Origin: Zygnema circumcarinatum SAG 698-1b
Taxonomy: Eukaryota; Plantae; Zygnematophyceae
Length of the DNA stretch: 64,000 nucleotides
Direction of reading: 5' to 3'
Assembly (NCBI GenBank): GCA_037447605.1
Contig: CM074818.1
Span: forward strand, 2,368,617-2,432,616
The notes under the pieces: model-generated
What the model was told of the DNA's origin: nothing
Databases searched by the model: none
The model's input: the letters and a program-made list of their open reading frames with translations, nothing else
In this document: piece after piece, positions 24,796 through 37,362 of the stretch
Numbering within the stretch: the stretch's first letter is position 1
Layout of the letters: each line of letters begins with the position of its first letter
Made by a program: the position numbers and the translations under genes

Positions 24796-26311
24796 TCACC
24801 TGTCGTTCTCTCCATCTTTCAGGTTTGATTCCTATACAAGCGGTGATTAGCTTCAGCTGTCCTCTCCCTTCTCATATTCACTTTACTCGTTCTCCTCATT
24901 CACCTTTAGAGGACTCAGCCGTGCCAGATAAGTTGGGATCTCGTTGCCCGGCATAACCACGGGAATACCCTCTTCAACATCAACCTAGAAACTACAACAA
25001 ACGAAGTCAGGAATGCGCCACTTTCATCAACAAATGGAGAGGACGTCTGCATCAATAGGTCATGCTGCATAAGCTTATCATTTTTGACGTTTCCTGTCTC
25101 AAATTTCACAAGCTTCAGAAATCGCCCACTTGAATTGGGTCCACATTGAAACTTAGAGTGATGTTCATGACTTAGTGGAGGGAACACTCACTGCTTGTGC
25201 CCCTTCTGGTGGGATGACTGTCTGTCGGGACAAGATTGCAGTGCAGAGACAGAGCAAGCTGCACACCCCAACGTCAAGGCTCATTCTCAACAGTCAAAGC
25301 AATACCTTTTTCTCTCGTTTCTCTTTTCCATCTCACTGTCTCCATCCCTACTTACCATTGCAGCACTGCCTCCTCTCCCTGCCCATCTCTGCCTCCCGCA
25401 CAACCGTTCCAGTCTCCCTTGGTTCGCTCTCTCTCGCCCCCCTCCTCTCACAGTTCAGAAGGGAGGGAACAGAGAGGGTAGGTTTGATAAATTGAAAATC
25501 GTCGTGCTCTAATATCTGCCGTTCTATGCCGTCCATTACGTCCATTACCACAGCAAGGCTCTGGTTAGAGTATAGGGATCAGTCACAATAGTCGACTAGC
25601 ATGTTTTAGGCTGACGAAGAAAATCCTGCGATCATGTTTGCCGCTGAAATGGTAGTAATCCAACTGCGTAGTATTCTAAACACAAACACTTATATTTCCA
25701 AACCTTGCATGCTTCCATAAGGATAAAGCTGATGAATGGCGAGGTTTCGAGCACTGATCTCAGAGATTTGCTTGCAGATAGGCCACGGGATGATTAAGCA
25801 ACGCACCAAAAAAAGCCAATGGTGACAGCAATTCCAATAGCTGCAAATTTCCCTGCGAGCACGAAAACACATTGAGAAATGTCAACTCCAATAGTATAGA
25901 CATCACTCTGAACTCTGAACGAGGTTCTGCCTCAGCTCTCGAATTGAAACTAAAAACACAAAAAACACAGCATACCAACTTCTATTCAAGAAGCCACAGA
26001 GTTACAGGTCATTTCTGTAACCATAATGTGGCAAAACAATCAAGCTGGCATGCAAAAAAAAGCAAGAATGGGATACATTTCAAGAAAAAATTAAGGATAT
26101 CTAGTCGCAAGCCAGGTATGGGGAGAGAGAGAGAGTGGGAGAGAGCTAAAGAGGCAGATTTTGAACTGAAAGACATAGGAAGAGAGAGAGAGAGAGTAGA
26201 TAAGAGGCTGACTAGAGGAAACAGGAGCGAAATCGAGAAAGGAGACGAATGCGGTGGCAGAGAGGCCGAGAAAGAAGTACCAGCGTAGACAAAGTCAGAA
26301 AACACGCCCAT
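24796..26311 (-). CDS. Small single-pass membrane protein with a VxMPG..PTxLA motif (At5g65660/At4g28170-like, related to the GDU VIMAG motif); exon model partly uncertain
   Basis: Clean exon 24984-24904 VDVEEGIPVVMPGNEIPTYLARLSPLK; last exon 24831-24796 ESNLKDGENDR*; 5' hydrophobic exons MGVFSDFVYA|GKFAAIGIAVTIGFF (26311-26281, ~25852-25807). The middle exons near 25560-25190 could not be phased unambiguously. Confidence 0.6.
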
Positions 26312-27199
26312 CAATGTCCTCCTCTCCCGCTCCTCTCGTGGAACCCTTCCTTTCCTCCTCGCCCAACTCGGAGGCCCCGTGATCCAACCCTAAAAAGGGC
26401 ATTCTCCTCGCGGTAGAAGCCCGCCAGCCCGCGCTGCGCCCCTGCAGCGCATGGCCCCTTCCTTGCCCCTCCCTTCTCCCCCAAGCTCCTCCCCTCGCCT
26501 CCAGTCGGCCCTCCCTCGAGTGGCGGATGTGAGAGGAATCGAACACGCGATGCGTACGGTTTAAAAAATTTGTGGGGACCATCTTCAAAATTATTTCTGG
26601 AACTTTCCAGCTATTGAATTCCTTCCGAGTCCAATGGGGGCTCGCCACGTGCTATAGCCGTTGAGCCATGTCAGCAAGGCGCGTGCCAGCGTGGCGAAAT
26701 GGCTGCAGCTAACTGGCTCCTGGGAACACGGGCGGCAGTCGAAAAAAACATTGACCGACATGACCCATTCAGACTTTGCCACGTGTCACTTGGTTAGACT
26801 CGAACAGAGCAACAGCGGTACGATGATATGCGGTATGATGTTGTCACCCGTGAGTACAACGTCAATGTTGTCCTTGTGCTAGTAATCGGCTAATTGCAGT
26901 TTTCAGTTTGTGAATGTAAAAACAACATGATTTTGTTTGTTTCATACAACAACAAAAGCAACACCATATGCTTGTGTGTACATCGTCATCTTTGTCATGC
27001 ATGCACACAATGTTCTAGTGTAGTCACCCATGAGTACAATGTGGTTCTTGTAATCGCATTCTTTACTTCTGACAACATAGTCACTCTGTTTTCGTAAAAA
27101 CAAAAAGCAACCACATCATCATAAGTAAGCAGCATGGTCTTAATATTGCATCTTATACATATATACTTGTGGTGTTGTCCCCCATGTATTGCATTGGCC

Positions 27200-29797
27200 T
27201 CACTTGAGAGCAGACCCTGTCGCCGCCGCCCAGGACTTGAGCACATGCGCTGCTATGTCCTTCACGCCCACGCCGTGCTTCACCTGCACACACCCACCAT
27301 CGCCCCGCAGAGGCTGAATGAGCACGGGCCGGACCGGGCCTTCTTCTCACAGATGCCTCAAGCTGCAAGAGAATGAATACACGTGGATGTGGTTCATCCT
27401 CACATATACATCGACCAACGCATCGGTAATACATGTGCACGAGACGGCGACAGTCCATAGATGAGACCTTGAGATGCACATGTATTTATTCAAGCAGGTA
27501 AGTTTCCACCACCTTTGAAGAAAAATGCATGTTCTTTCAGAAGGACGAGGAGTAGTCAAGAGGAGAAAGTGGAAGGAGGAGGACTAGAGGGGAGGAAGTG
27601 CGAAAAAGGTGAACGTGGAGAACCAAAAGAAGGTGAAGAACAATGCACCTTCTACCTTTTCCATTTGCCCTTCGGAAGAAGGGACAAGCAAGGGTCTACC
27701 TGGCAGAAACGAAAGTACCTGAGCGAATACGAATGGCCCTTGGTCGCGCATTTTCAACGAATCTCTCTCCATTACACCAAGGTCGGCTCCAACAGCCTCT
27801 GCGAGATCCGTCTTATTGATCACCTACACAAGCCGAACAGCACCGATATCATGACCGGGAGGGAATGACAAACATTGCCTACTCCTGTGTCTCCAGTTTG
27901 GACGAAACCCCCATACACCTATGGCTAAGGCCCCCATATGGCTACACACCAGAAGGTCAGCTTGAGTAATGCCGGGTCCGCCCTTCCTGGGAATTTTGTC
28001 GCCACCCGCCACGTCGATGATGTAGATGATGTAGTCCGCCAACTCTCGACTGAAGTTTGCTGCGAGGTTGTCTGTTCATACAGCTCCTTCCTTCATTCAT
28101 CAGCTACAGCATGTGCCCGGGGGATGATGTCTTACGAAAGTCGAACATCACACGTTCAACCAACATTCCAAACCTTTTTCCATCCATGATTAAGTTATGC
28201 ATGACAGTATCATAGTCAAACATGGCTTGGCAAGTGCTTCATGGCCTTTGCAATGCAGCGGCCATATCGTAGCAGACTTGCGGTGAAGGCTCCGTCTCCA
28301 GTCCTTACCTCCACCAGACTCGCACAAGAGCAGGTCTGCCTCAAACTGATGCGACAAGTCCTCCAGAGGGCCAAGATTGATGCTAATGTCCTCCCTAATG
28401 GCTGCATGTGGACAACCTCCTGTTTCCACCGCTCGAATTCTCTCTGGGGCAAGGGCCCCATTCTTAATTAAAAACTCTCCGTCTTCCTGTGTAAAGATAT
28501 CATTAGTCACCTGCACGCCCTCAAGAGGAAGGTCTATCATATCATAACTTGCAGCAGACCATCATTAGTGACGTAAGCGAAGTCACAAGCCAGCACCATG
28601 CCTTCAGACTGAGAGGCGTGTCCACTGTGCTAGTAATACTGACCCAGGAATCCATAGCAGTGGAACATTCACAGGTTTGTCCATGGTTGCAGATTTTAAA
28701 TGCCGAGCAATGCATCACATTATTTCCAAACTCTCACTTTCAGTTCAAATGCGCGTTGCCTCTCCATTATCGGTAAAACAATGTCTGCCATCTCAGAGTC
28801 AAAAACATCAACTTGATGCTTTCAAATTAGCGATCAGGAGCTTGGCGAGTCCCGGCAATGGCGAAATGGAAAGGGAGCACGTACCGCAGCTATGCTATAC
28901 TTGTCTCGTAGCTCCCTACATAAGGCCAACATGAGAGCAGTTTTCCTACAGGCACACAGATGGCAGAATGAAATTCCGAGTTAAAAAGATGGTAGACCAA
29001 GGAGACTAAAGGAAGAAAGTCTCGACCTTGATGCCACTTTCCTGTCTCGAACTTGCCTGTGCGACATGTCGGCATGACGCACATTCTTTTCCATAAATAG
29101 GAACGAATTGAGCAACAAGGAGAGTACTCAAAGACTAGAGCAGCGTTTGATGTTTACCCTGTTCCCACTGGGCCTCCAATCCCCACGGTGAAGGCACGCT
29201 CGTGGAAGTCTCGACCCGACAGAGGGGGCGCCCTGTGTGTGAACAGGCCAGGAGAGTCCAGTGGTTCGTGTGTATGTGGCGCCAAACCGTCATGCGAATG
29301 GTACACTCGCCCATCCCTGCTCGTAAATGCATCATGTTCTTCACTGTATCAAAGGAGAATGAAAGCAAGGAGCATAAAGTTGCATTTAGGTTTCAGTTAG
29401 AATAAGCCGACTTACGGAAAGAACAAAACACTTGAACTCATACCGAATGCAGCAGTATGGTTGAGCCAGGGTCAGGAAATTCGCCAGAAGGAATTTGCAA
29501 AACTGCAAATTGGGTGGTCAATTCAGCACGAATACAGAAAGAATTCATAAGGAAGCTACAGCAGCGACAAAAACTGACAGAAAGGGGGAAAATTTCTATC
29601 TTTTTTGCGAATGTTTTTTGAAGCGAGAGAGGAGCGTTTACTGACTGCCCATGCTCGTGATGATGGTCGTCATGGTGGGGGTGATCGTGGCCGTGATTAT
29701 GGCCATCGTCATGGTCGTGATCATGATGGCCATGGCCGTGATGGCTGTCATGGTGATGATGTATGTGAAGCCCGGCGGGGTCCGGCTGTGCGGCCAT
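27200..29797 (-). CDS. UREG: Urease accessory protein UreG (Ni-chaperone GTPase) with His-rich N-terminus
   Basis: His-rich exon 1; [29 protein letters not shown]|[20 protein letters not shown]|[48 protein letters not shown]|..[30 protein letters not shown]|[25 protein letters not shown]|VKHGVGV..*. P-loop and CPH metal site are present. Confidence 0.97.
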
Positions 29798-30281
29798 GAT
29801 AGCACTGAGTTTACTACTGCCTTTCCAGCGTAGTATTGCCGAAACTGTCTCCCAGCTGCCTCCCTCCCCTCCCCTGCCCTGCCCTCACTTTCTTTTCCCC
29901 TTCTTCTGCCTCTCTCTGCGCGCCACTGCCTCCCTCTCCTCTCCTCGCAGGAGTAGCTTGGATTTGCGCACACCTTTGCACATGGCCCGCCGCGACTGTT
30001 CCAGTTCGACTCGGACTGGACGAAAACGCACGGAACGAGGGCGATGGAGCGCACACTTCAGCTGCAGAAGACCGCAGAAGGCTGCGGAGTAGCAGCAGGC
30101 AGCAGGCAGCAGGCGCAGAGCAGAGCAGGAGCTTGGACGTTGAGCGGACTTGCAAGAGGAGAAGAACGGAGCAAGGAAGCGGCCCTCTGATTCTATTGCT
30201 GTTTGGAGCACTGCTGTCTGCTATCTGCTTTCTGTGCCCACAGTGCGTGGCACTCAGCAGTGGTCCTTCCCTGGGACGGAG

Positions 30282-33200
30282 ATGGCGACCAGGGTGCTGT
30301 ACAGGACGAAGCTTTGCTCGCTGTTTGCTCGCGGCAACTGTCCGCGGGAGGTTTGCACATTCGCTCATGGTGAGGAGGAGCTGCGGAGGCCGCCGCCTCT
30401 GGGAGATGGTGAGGCTCTTGGAACTGCCAACAGTTCTTGTTGTTAAGCATCTCAAAAGGTGAAGGTGCGAATGCGGGAATGCAGGAAAAGAAGCAGAGCC
30501 TTACTGAAATTGACTCTCTTGTTCGAACGCTTCTACCGAAGCTTGACTATAATTACCTCGTGGGCGCGGTATTTGCTTATCTTGAAGTCAGGAAGATGCT
30601 GGTATTGTTGAAACTCAGCAACTTGGAGAAGGTTACAGTAATTGGAAGAAAAAGACGGATTTTTTTTCGCCTATGGTCATTAAATCGATAAATTCGTCCT
30701 ATTTATCTCACCCGTTGTATTGGAGGGCTGGTGCTTCCACCAAATCGCCTTCGTTGTTTTTATTGAACAAAAGCGAATTCCATATGTTAAACTTCCAATG
30801 GCCCTTCATTGCACGACTTTGTACACTGGTAGAGTTCCGACCTGTATTATTCGAAGGGTTATTCGTTGCATATGCCACCAGCATCATTTCAGTGTGTATT
30901 CGTTTCAGGATATGCAGCAGACGAAGTTATATCTGCCTGATGAAACTTTATCTTTCTTCCTTTATCAATAAGCGCTTGTTATTTTGTTTATTTGTTCCAA
31001 TTTCCTTGATCTGCATATTTCGCTTATGGCAGCTGGTGACGTAAGGTATGGAAGTTCTATTGTCTGCATTACAGGGTATAATGTTACAGTGTTACAATGC
31101 TCGAAGGTCGCTTTTGCAGGGTTGGAATCAAAATGAGTATTCTTTCCTAATGCAGTTTTGCTAAGTTTAGTAGAATGCTTCGGATTCACATCCCTTTTGT
31201 GCAGTTAAGGCATGTGATTGTGAATCTCCTTTCATCTATAGAGTCTCAGCTGGCTTCATCCTTCTAATCTGTTGTCTTGGATGACCAGAGAGACACTCAG
31301 GATATCGTGGCGGTCCAGACCGCTTTGAAAGATCTTCCCGCCGTTCACCCGATGGGCGCCGCCGATACGACTCTCGGAGAACAACTCCTCGTATACGTGG
31401 TAAGTCGGATGTCTCTTGACAGTTTGCTTAATTGCAAGTCTTCCCTTAGTGCCCGCGTCTCGTACGAAGCAGGTTATTGCAGTTCCAAGCATCCTTCATT
31501 TTCTTGTGCAACTATTGAACTAGAGCCATGCATTGGGTCGTCGAGCAGTACTTTTGAGTTTTCTGTGGTTTGCTTTTAGCTTTCTTACATTAGTAACTGG
31601 AAAAGACAAACAACTTGATAATTAGATTATTTTGCGAGGTTTTTTTCCTGTCACTGTCGTTCTCAGCGTAAGCATATCGAGTCAGATTTTCCATGAGTGG
31701 AAGAAGGTGTTTGCTTTACAGGTCGTTCCCGGTCAATTTCACCAGTCAGACGCAGGAGCTGGTCAAGGTCACCTCTTCGTTCTCCACTTGTGAGCAGGTA
31801 CATTTAAGTTTGCTTTATAAATTAGTTAAGGACCACATTTCATGCCTTGTCTGGTTAATTCTTCACGTAACAAGGCAACAATCCTTTGCTAAGATCAGAG
31901 CATTCATGTTGCTGAACTGTTGCTCCATGAATGCCATTCATAATACCTGTTGTGAAGTTGTGGCTTGGCGTAGGACTAGTAACTTCATTGCTTGTCTTCT
32001 CGACAGTTCCAGCATGGCTACAGTGTTAGATGGAAGTTATAGCTCCCCCTGTTCATGTTTCTCATTATTATTCTGGACTCTCGTACTTTAAGATTCATGA
32101 ACTAGCGGAGTAAAGATTCATGATAGCGTGGTTCACTATCTGATAGTTCAGACAATAATTCTGCTCTGGTCAAGGTAACAGACGTCTCCCTATGACGTCA
32201 CGTTAATCCTTGGGGCTCAAGTATGCCTGTATTGTGATGTTTTGTAAATTGCAAATGTTCAACATGTCGAGGTCGTTGACCATATCGACTTTTTGCTGTA
32301 CGAGTCCTCGAAACCATGGTTTTCAATCGCTGACCTGACCTGCTCTCGTTGCAATTTGCAGTGATGGCGCGAAACAAAGAGAGAGCAAAGATGTGAAGCG
32401 TCATCGTCCTAACCCTAGCGAGCCTCGCATCGATGATTTTCCTATCGAAGGCCGGCGAAAGAATAACCGCGATGTGCACGAGCCTCCGGAGAAGCTGCCT
32501 GCTCCGCTGCATGATGATCCGCAGGATGATGTCAGTGACCTGGAAAAAGAGGTGAGACATTTTTCAACGAGAAAGTTGTTTGGGTTTACTGCAATGCGCA
32601 GGAAATTTTGAGGACACTAGTCGTTCGTTATATATTTTTCTGATTCATAAACGGAGACACTTGATGGAAAGTTAGAAAGTCTTCTACTGAGCGGAGTTTT
32701 CCTTAAAAATTGACGCGTTTCATTTCGCATTCTCCCTGCAGAAGGAGGCATTGCTAGCGGAAATTCGAAAGCTGACGGACACCAAGACGTTCTTTGAGGT
32801 ATACATGAGTTACATCCCTGCTTGTTATTCTGATTGCAAGCAAACCTCTATTGGTCCAATGTATGGCCCAACACTGGCAGAAAACTCAGCAAATGCCTCT
32901 TCCAGACAGTGAGATGCATTATTAGGCTGGCAAGGGAAAGCTTCACACTATAATTATAAGCAGAGGTGGTGTTGAATCGACTTGACTTTACTTAACACTC
33001 CAGTCGAATATGGGTCTAGAGCTGCTTGCAGTCCTCAGTTCAAATTCAGGACGCAGGAGTCGGTAAAAACCGTTTTTCTTATTTTTGAAAAGTAAGGCGA
33101 AAAACATAAGAAAAATGCAGTTTGAAATACAGGATGTGAAGCATGATGGGTTATCATGCTATGATCTTGCAGGAGAAGTTGGAGCAGACGAGCAAAGGAG

Positions 33201-36200
33201 TGGAGCAGCTCTCTGCTCGCGCGCATGATCTGGAGTCGCGTTTGAATGGAGCAGAGCAGGACGCGCAGTCGTAAGATCACTGCTTGTGTTGAACCTTTAT
33301 TTGTATGTGCTTAGCAAGAACCATATTGAGAAGGAGCCGGGCCCTTCCCACGGCCTGCATGTGTCTCCCAAGTATTGGAGTATTTCCAACAGCCACCAAT
33401 TTTCAATGGCGGTCTCAGAGACAGACCACGGGGTGAGTGATCCTATTGTTGTGTTGGTTTGAGGTTGTAGTGTGTGGAGATCCAAAAATAAACTAGGTGG
33501 AAATGCTAGCACTCGGATTATGTGTTGTGTGCCAGAAAGATGTTGAGAATTAGACTTTGTGGAAGTGTTTGGCAGTTTTGTAAGCATGAGCTCATTTTAT
33601 TGACCCCTTTTGTTTCTCGGTTGTAGCCTTCATTGCTGTGTATTTCTGCTCAATTAAGTGATACGTTTTGGGGTATAAGTGACAGTTACGGAGTCGCTCA
33701 TACGTGGAGGATGTTGACTTCTCAAGCATTGAATATTGAGTACCTTTTTGACCGATCGATCGGTTATATTCCTTTGCAGTTTGATAGGCTGGGTCTCTGC
33801 ATTTCGTCCGTTCTCTCTATACCCTATTCTCCCCCTTAGTTGAGGTCCTGTAAGTGGGAGTTTTTACCTCAGCTGTGGATCAAAAGTCAAAAGCTATTTC
33901 TCGGTAAAAGCAACCTCATAAGATTCTAAGGGGTGCCAAATTTGGCGGTGGAGGCATGTCTCTACAGAGATCTCGGGAAGGTCCGAAAGATTATTAAAGC
34001 AAACCAGCGCCTTGTGCGGGCGCAGGATGACCTGAAGAGGTGGCTCTTTCGTGCCTCAACGCAACTTTTAATCTTTGAAACTTGAAAAAAGTTTATGCTG
34101 CATAGGCTCCGAGTGCTGACGCAATTTACTAGCTTAATGTAGCATGGGGAATGTCAAGGGTTCATTTTTCTCATGTAGTATCCCAGAAATGATATAAGAA
34201 ATTTTAGTTTTGCCTTATCCAACCCAGCTGTTGCTAGGCAGCAATAGGGCATTTGTCCTCGTGGTTTTAGTTTCTGCATTGAAAATTTGCACATTGGTGA
34301 GGAGATCCTATATGCTTTTGCCCTATTACGTTTGGAACCTGCGTTTGGCAATTATTATTTGTACTACAGAACGCTTTATCTTAAATATATTTTCACTGTG
34401 GCATTGACAATTGATAAGTTGGCGATGAAGAAGACTGTGACCGTGTCTTAGTAAAGCCTGTGCAGGTCTCAGAGCAAGCTGCATAAGATGGCAGAGGAAA
34501 TGGCTGTGGAGGAGCAGCGGGAGGCGCATTCAAACCTTCTCAACACTACAGACAACAGAAAGACTGCAGGTGGCACTTCTGGGTTCGCTAGCGGTGGCCA
34601 ACCTCTGGGAACTGCAGATGAAGAAATTGTTGTTGAAATGTCTCATGGGAGAGATGAGGATGTGCCCACAAAGGGCAGCGGTTACCATGTGGCTTTGGAC
34701 CTGAATGAGCGACCACCTGAGAGTGGTACTGATTTCGCTCCTTTCGTTTCCCATTTCCGTCTGCCTTATGCACCTACTGGACTGTACCACGTTCCTGTAT
34801 TGCCAAAAAGTGTCGAGGTTTGTTGATGGACGGTTTCAGTTTTTGGAAAGTTTCCCTACATTACTATTGTTTGGCTAGTGAAGATGTGTGGGCTTGTGTG
34901 TGCTTAGCTAGGATTTGATTTGGTTCTCTTTGATTAAACGCTAAAGTTTGAACATGCTGTTGGGAAGAAGATGACACCATTTGAAGCCGTGATGTTCACC
35001 CTCCATCCGTTCTCTCCTCTCCACCTTCTTTGTTTAATGTTTGCAGGCGTTGAGCTGAATGGTGCGGATCATCGTTCCAGTGATCAGGTTGCTGGGATTC
35101 GTACTCACAGCGACTTTCACCCCGAGGAAGTTGAGGGTGGGAAAGGAGGAAGGTCCAACGCGTTGGCCAGAAGAGACAGGGAAGTGCGTGAGTATGCGCC
35201 CCAAGAAAGGAACTCAGATGGACAGACTCACAAGGTATGTGCCATCTTTACTTCAGGAAGTAGTGTTGGGATCAGCAGTCCCTTCTATGAGATGAGTTCT
35301 ACAGGGTTGCTCCGCGTCTTACGAATTTGAACATCTGAGATGACTCTGAGAAGACATATTGGCTGTTTTGTTTAAAACATTTTAAACATTAACATTATTA
35401 TTATTATTACATTAAACATTATTAAAATTGATTAGAAGACTCGATCATAAGGTCCATCCATCTGTGCCTGCACCCGTTGGAAACCAGTTTGAACTGTGTA
35501 TTGTGCTCGTATTCCTTGTTGGAATTTAGGATTTCTAGGGATTTGTCACGAGTCGCGCCCCCTTGCAACAAGCTGCAATACTGTGTGCTGCTCAGCTTCT
35601 GATTCTGTTTTGGGCTTTGTGGGATACTGCTGCTGTCTCCAGACAGTCATTTGCAGAAGAGAGAGAATGTTAAACATTTTGTCTGCAATTTGTCAATACA
35701 AACCTTGTTCTTTTATTAGTCTTCCGGCTAGCTACGAAGTGTAATAACACTTTTCTCTCTCTCGATACTGTATGTTCGTCTTCTCATCGTGCAGGGAAAT
35801 TACATTGATTCTGTTCCTGGCTCGGGTCCGATGGAGATAGGAGAGGGAAGGTCGATCCTAGGGGAAAGGAGGATACATGCAACAAGGGAGAAAAAAATTC
35901 TCCCACGAGTTGAGGGAGGTGATTACAAAGAACAGGTCAAGGTTGCTCTTGATGTAAGTGCTTCCGCCCCTTACCTGCATTACACTCGCTGGGATGTCCT
36001 CTATTCCGCTTCACTGTGATATTTTGAACAGCGTCTCCTTCCTTGGGTTTTTAGACTTCTTCTACCAGCTACATTCGTTGAGAAGCCTTGCCTCTTGTCG
36101 TTCGTAGCATTGGAAAGGGCGTTCGCTGATGAGTCGTTCCTTCTGTTCCATTTGCAGGACATGCACAACCAGCTGGATGATGACGTTGACATCGTCGCCC

Positions 36201-36214
36201 TCCAATGCGACTGA
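30282..36214 (+). CDS. CCCH zinc-finger protein with an RS-rich region and coiled coil (plant C3H13/C3H40-like), about 10 exons
   Basis: Exon 1 MATRVLYRTKLCSLFARGNCPREVCTFAHGEEELRRP (C-x7-C-x4-C-x3-H); RS exons (RSSRRSPDGRRRYDSRR; RSRSISPVRRRSWSRSP); coiled-coil exons (LEQTSKGVEQLSARAHDLESRL; KVRKIIKANQRLVRAQDDLKR|SQSKLHKM); last exon DMHNQLDDDVDIVALQCD* ending at 36214. Confidence 0.82.
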
Positions 36215-37362
36215 CTCAAGGGGCTCAGCTCAACCCAGCCTCGCCACCACCTTCAAATCCTCCTCTTGTGCGGCCCGTTTGCCGCCATCCTCAGATAAAT
36301 TTTAGTGCTCCGCTTGTCCACCTCCCCCTGCCGCTGTCGCCTTAACAGTGTCACAGAGCAGACAACGGGATGTCGGCTCTGTCACTTGTTCATTGGGCAG
36401 TGGAGGCTGCATTGCTGCGACTGTCGGATGTTCGGCATTTTGCATTCAGCAGCCAGCCCTAGTACCGAAAGGAGAAGGAATGTGCTGTCAAGATGCGGCC
36501 CTTAGCGCGAGCACGAGTTTCCATTAGGCTTTGCTTTGAGGAGATATGGATATAACGAGCTTGAACTGAATGGAACATTGTTTGCGGAAGGAGCTGCTCT
36601 ACTTGACCTTGCCTTAACGGAGATCCCTCAAGCGGTGCGTGTCCGCTCACCGGTGTATGATGTTACGCGCGATGCCACTCTACGCGTCCCTTTCTGGAGA
36701 GGTGATGTGAAGATGGGTTGTTGCCCTCTCCACCACTGTTGCGCTTCATCCCCATTGGCTGTTACTGCCCTCTTTCGGCGTCGCCCCCTGTCTGCATTAC
36801 CCCCAGCTGCGTCTGCCCGCTGTCTGCATTTGCCTGCTTGCAAACTCTGCAATGAAGCGAAGGCAGTCACCCACGTGGCAGACAGCAGCTCACGGTTCGG
36901 CAGGGGCAGCTCTCGGCTGCCGCCCGTTTTGCAGCCGACCAAACACCTTCTCATCCGTCTGCTCGGACTGAAACGAGTCTTTCATCGGCTATGTTGCAGA
37001 CAGACTGTCGTTTCAGCAACGTTCCTAAGAGATGCGATGGATGACAGTCACTTTTTCTATCACTATCTTAAAATGAGCAGCATTGCTAACCTTATTTTCC
37101 GCTTCCACATGCGGCCATGCCGAGACAAAATAAACGCCATACCAAGATGGCGCACCAACAATCCATTCCACGCTTTAGTCTGAAACAGCGGCTTGCCGCA
37201 CCGCTGTGCACTATCCGTCCTAGCTCCAACTAATCGCCATTGCGGGTCAAAACTTGCGTGAGTTGAAAAGCTTTTCATCTCCACCTCATTCCCGACAGGT
37301 GGAGAGCTTACGTTTAAAAAAGGAAAGAAAAATAAGTAAGAAAGCTCAGGCATGGGGTCCCA

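Noticed and set aside
10293-29797. A metal-homeostasis cluster (CDT1-like peptide, His-rich UreG, CuRE-like GTAC motifs)
   Set aside because: The genes are ~16 kb apart with unrelated genes between them, the UreG promoter region is not GTAC-rich, and GTAC marks unrelated promoters. There is no evidence of co-regulation.
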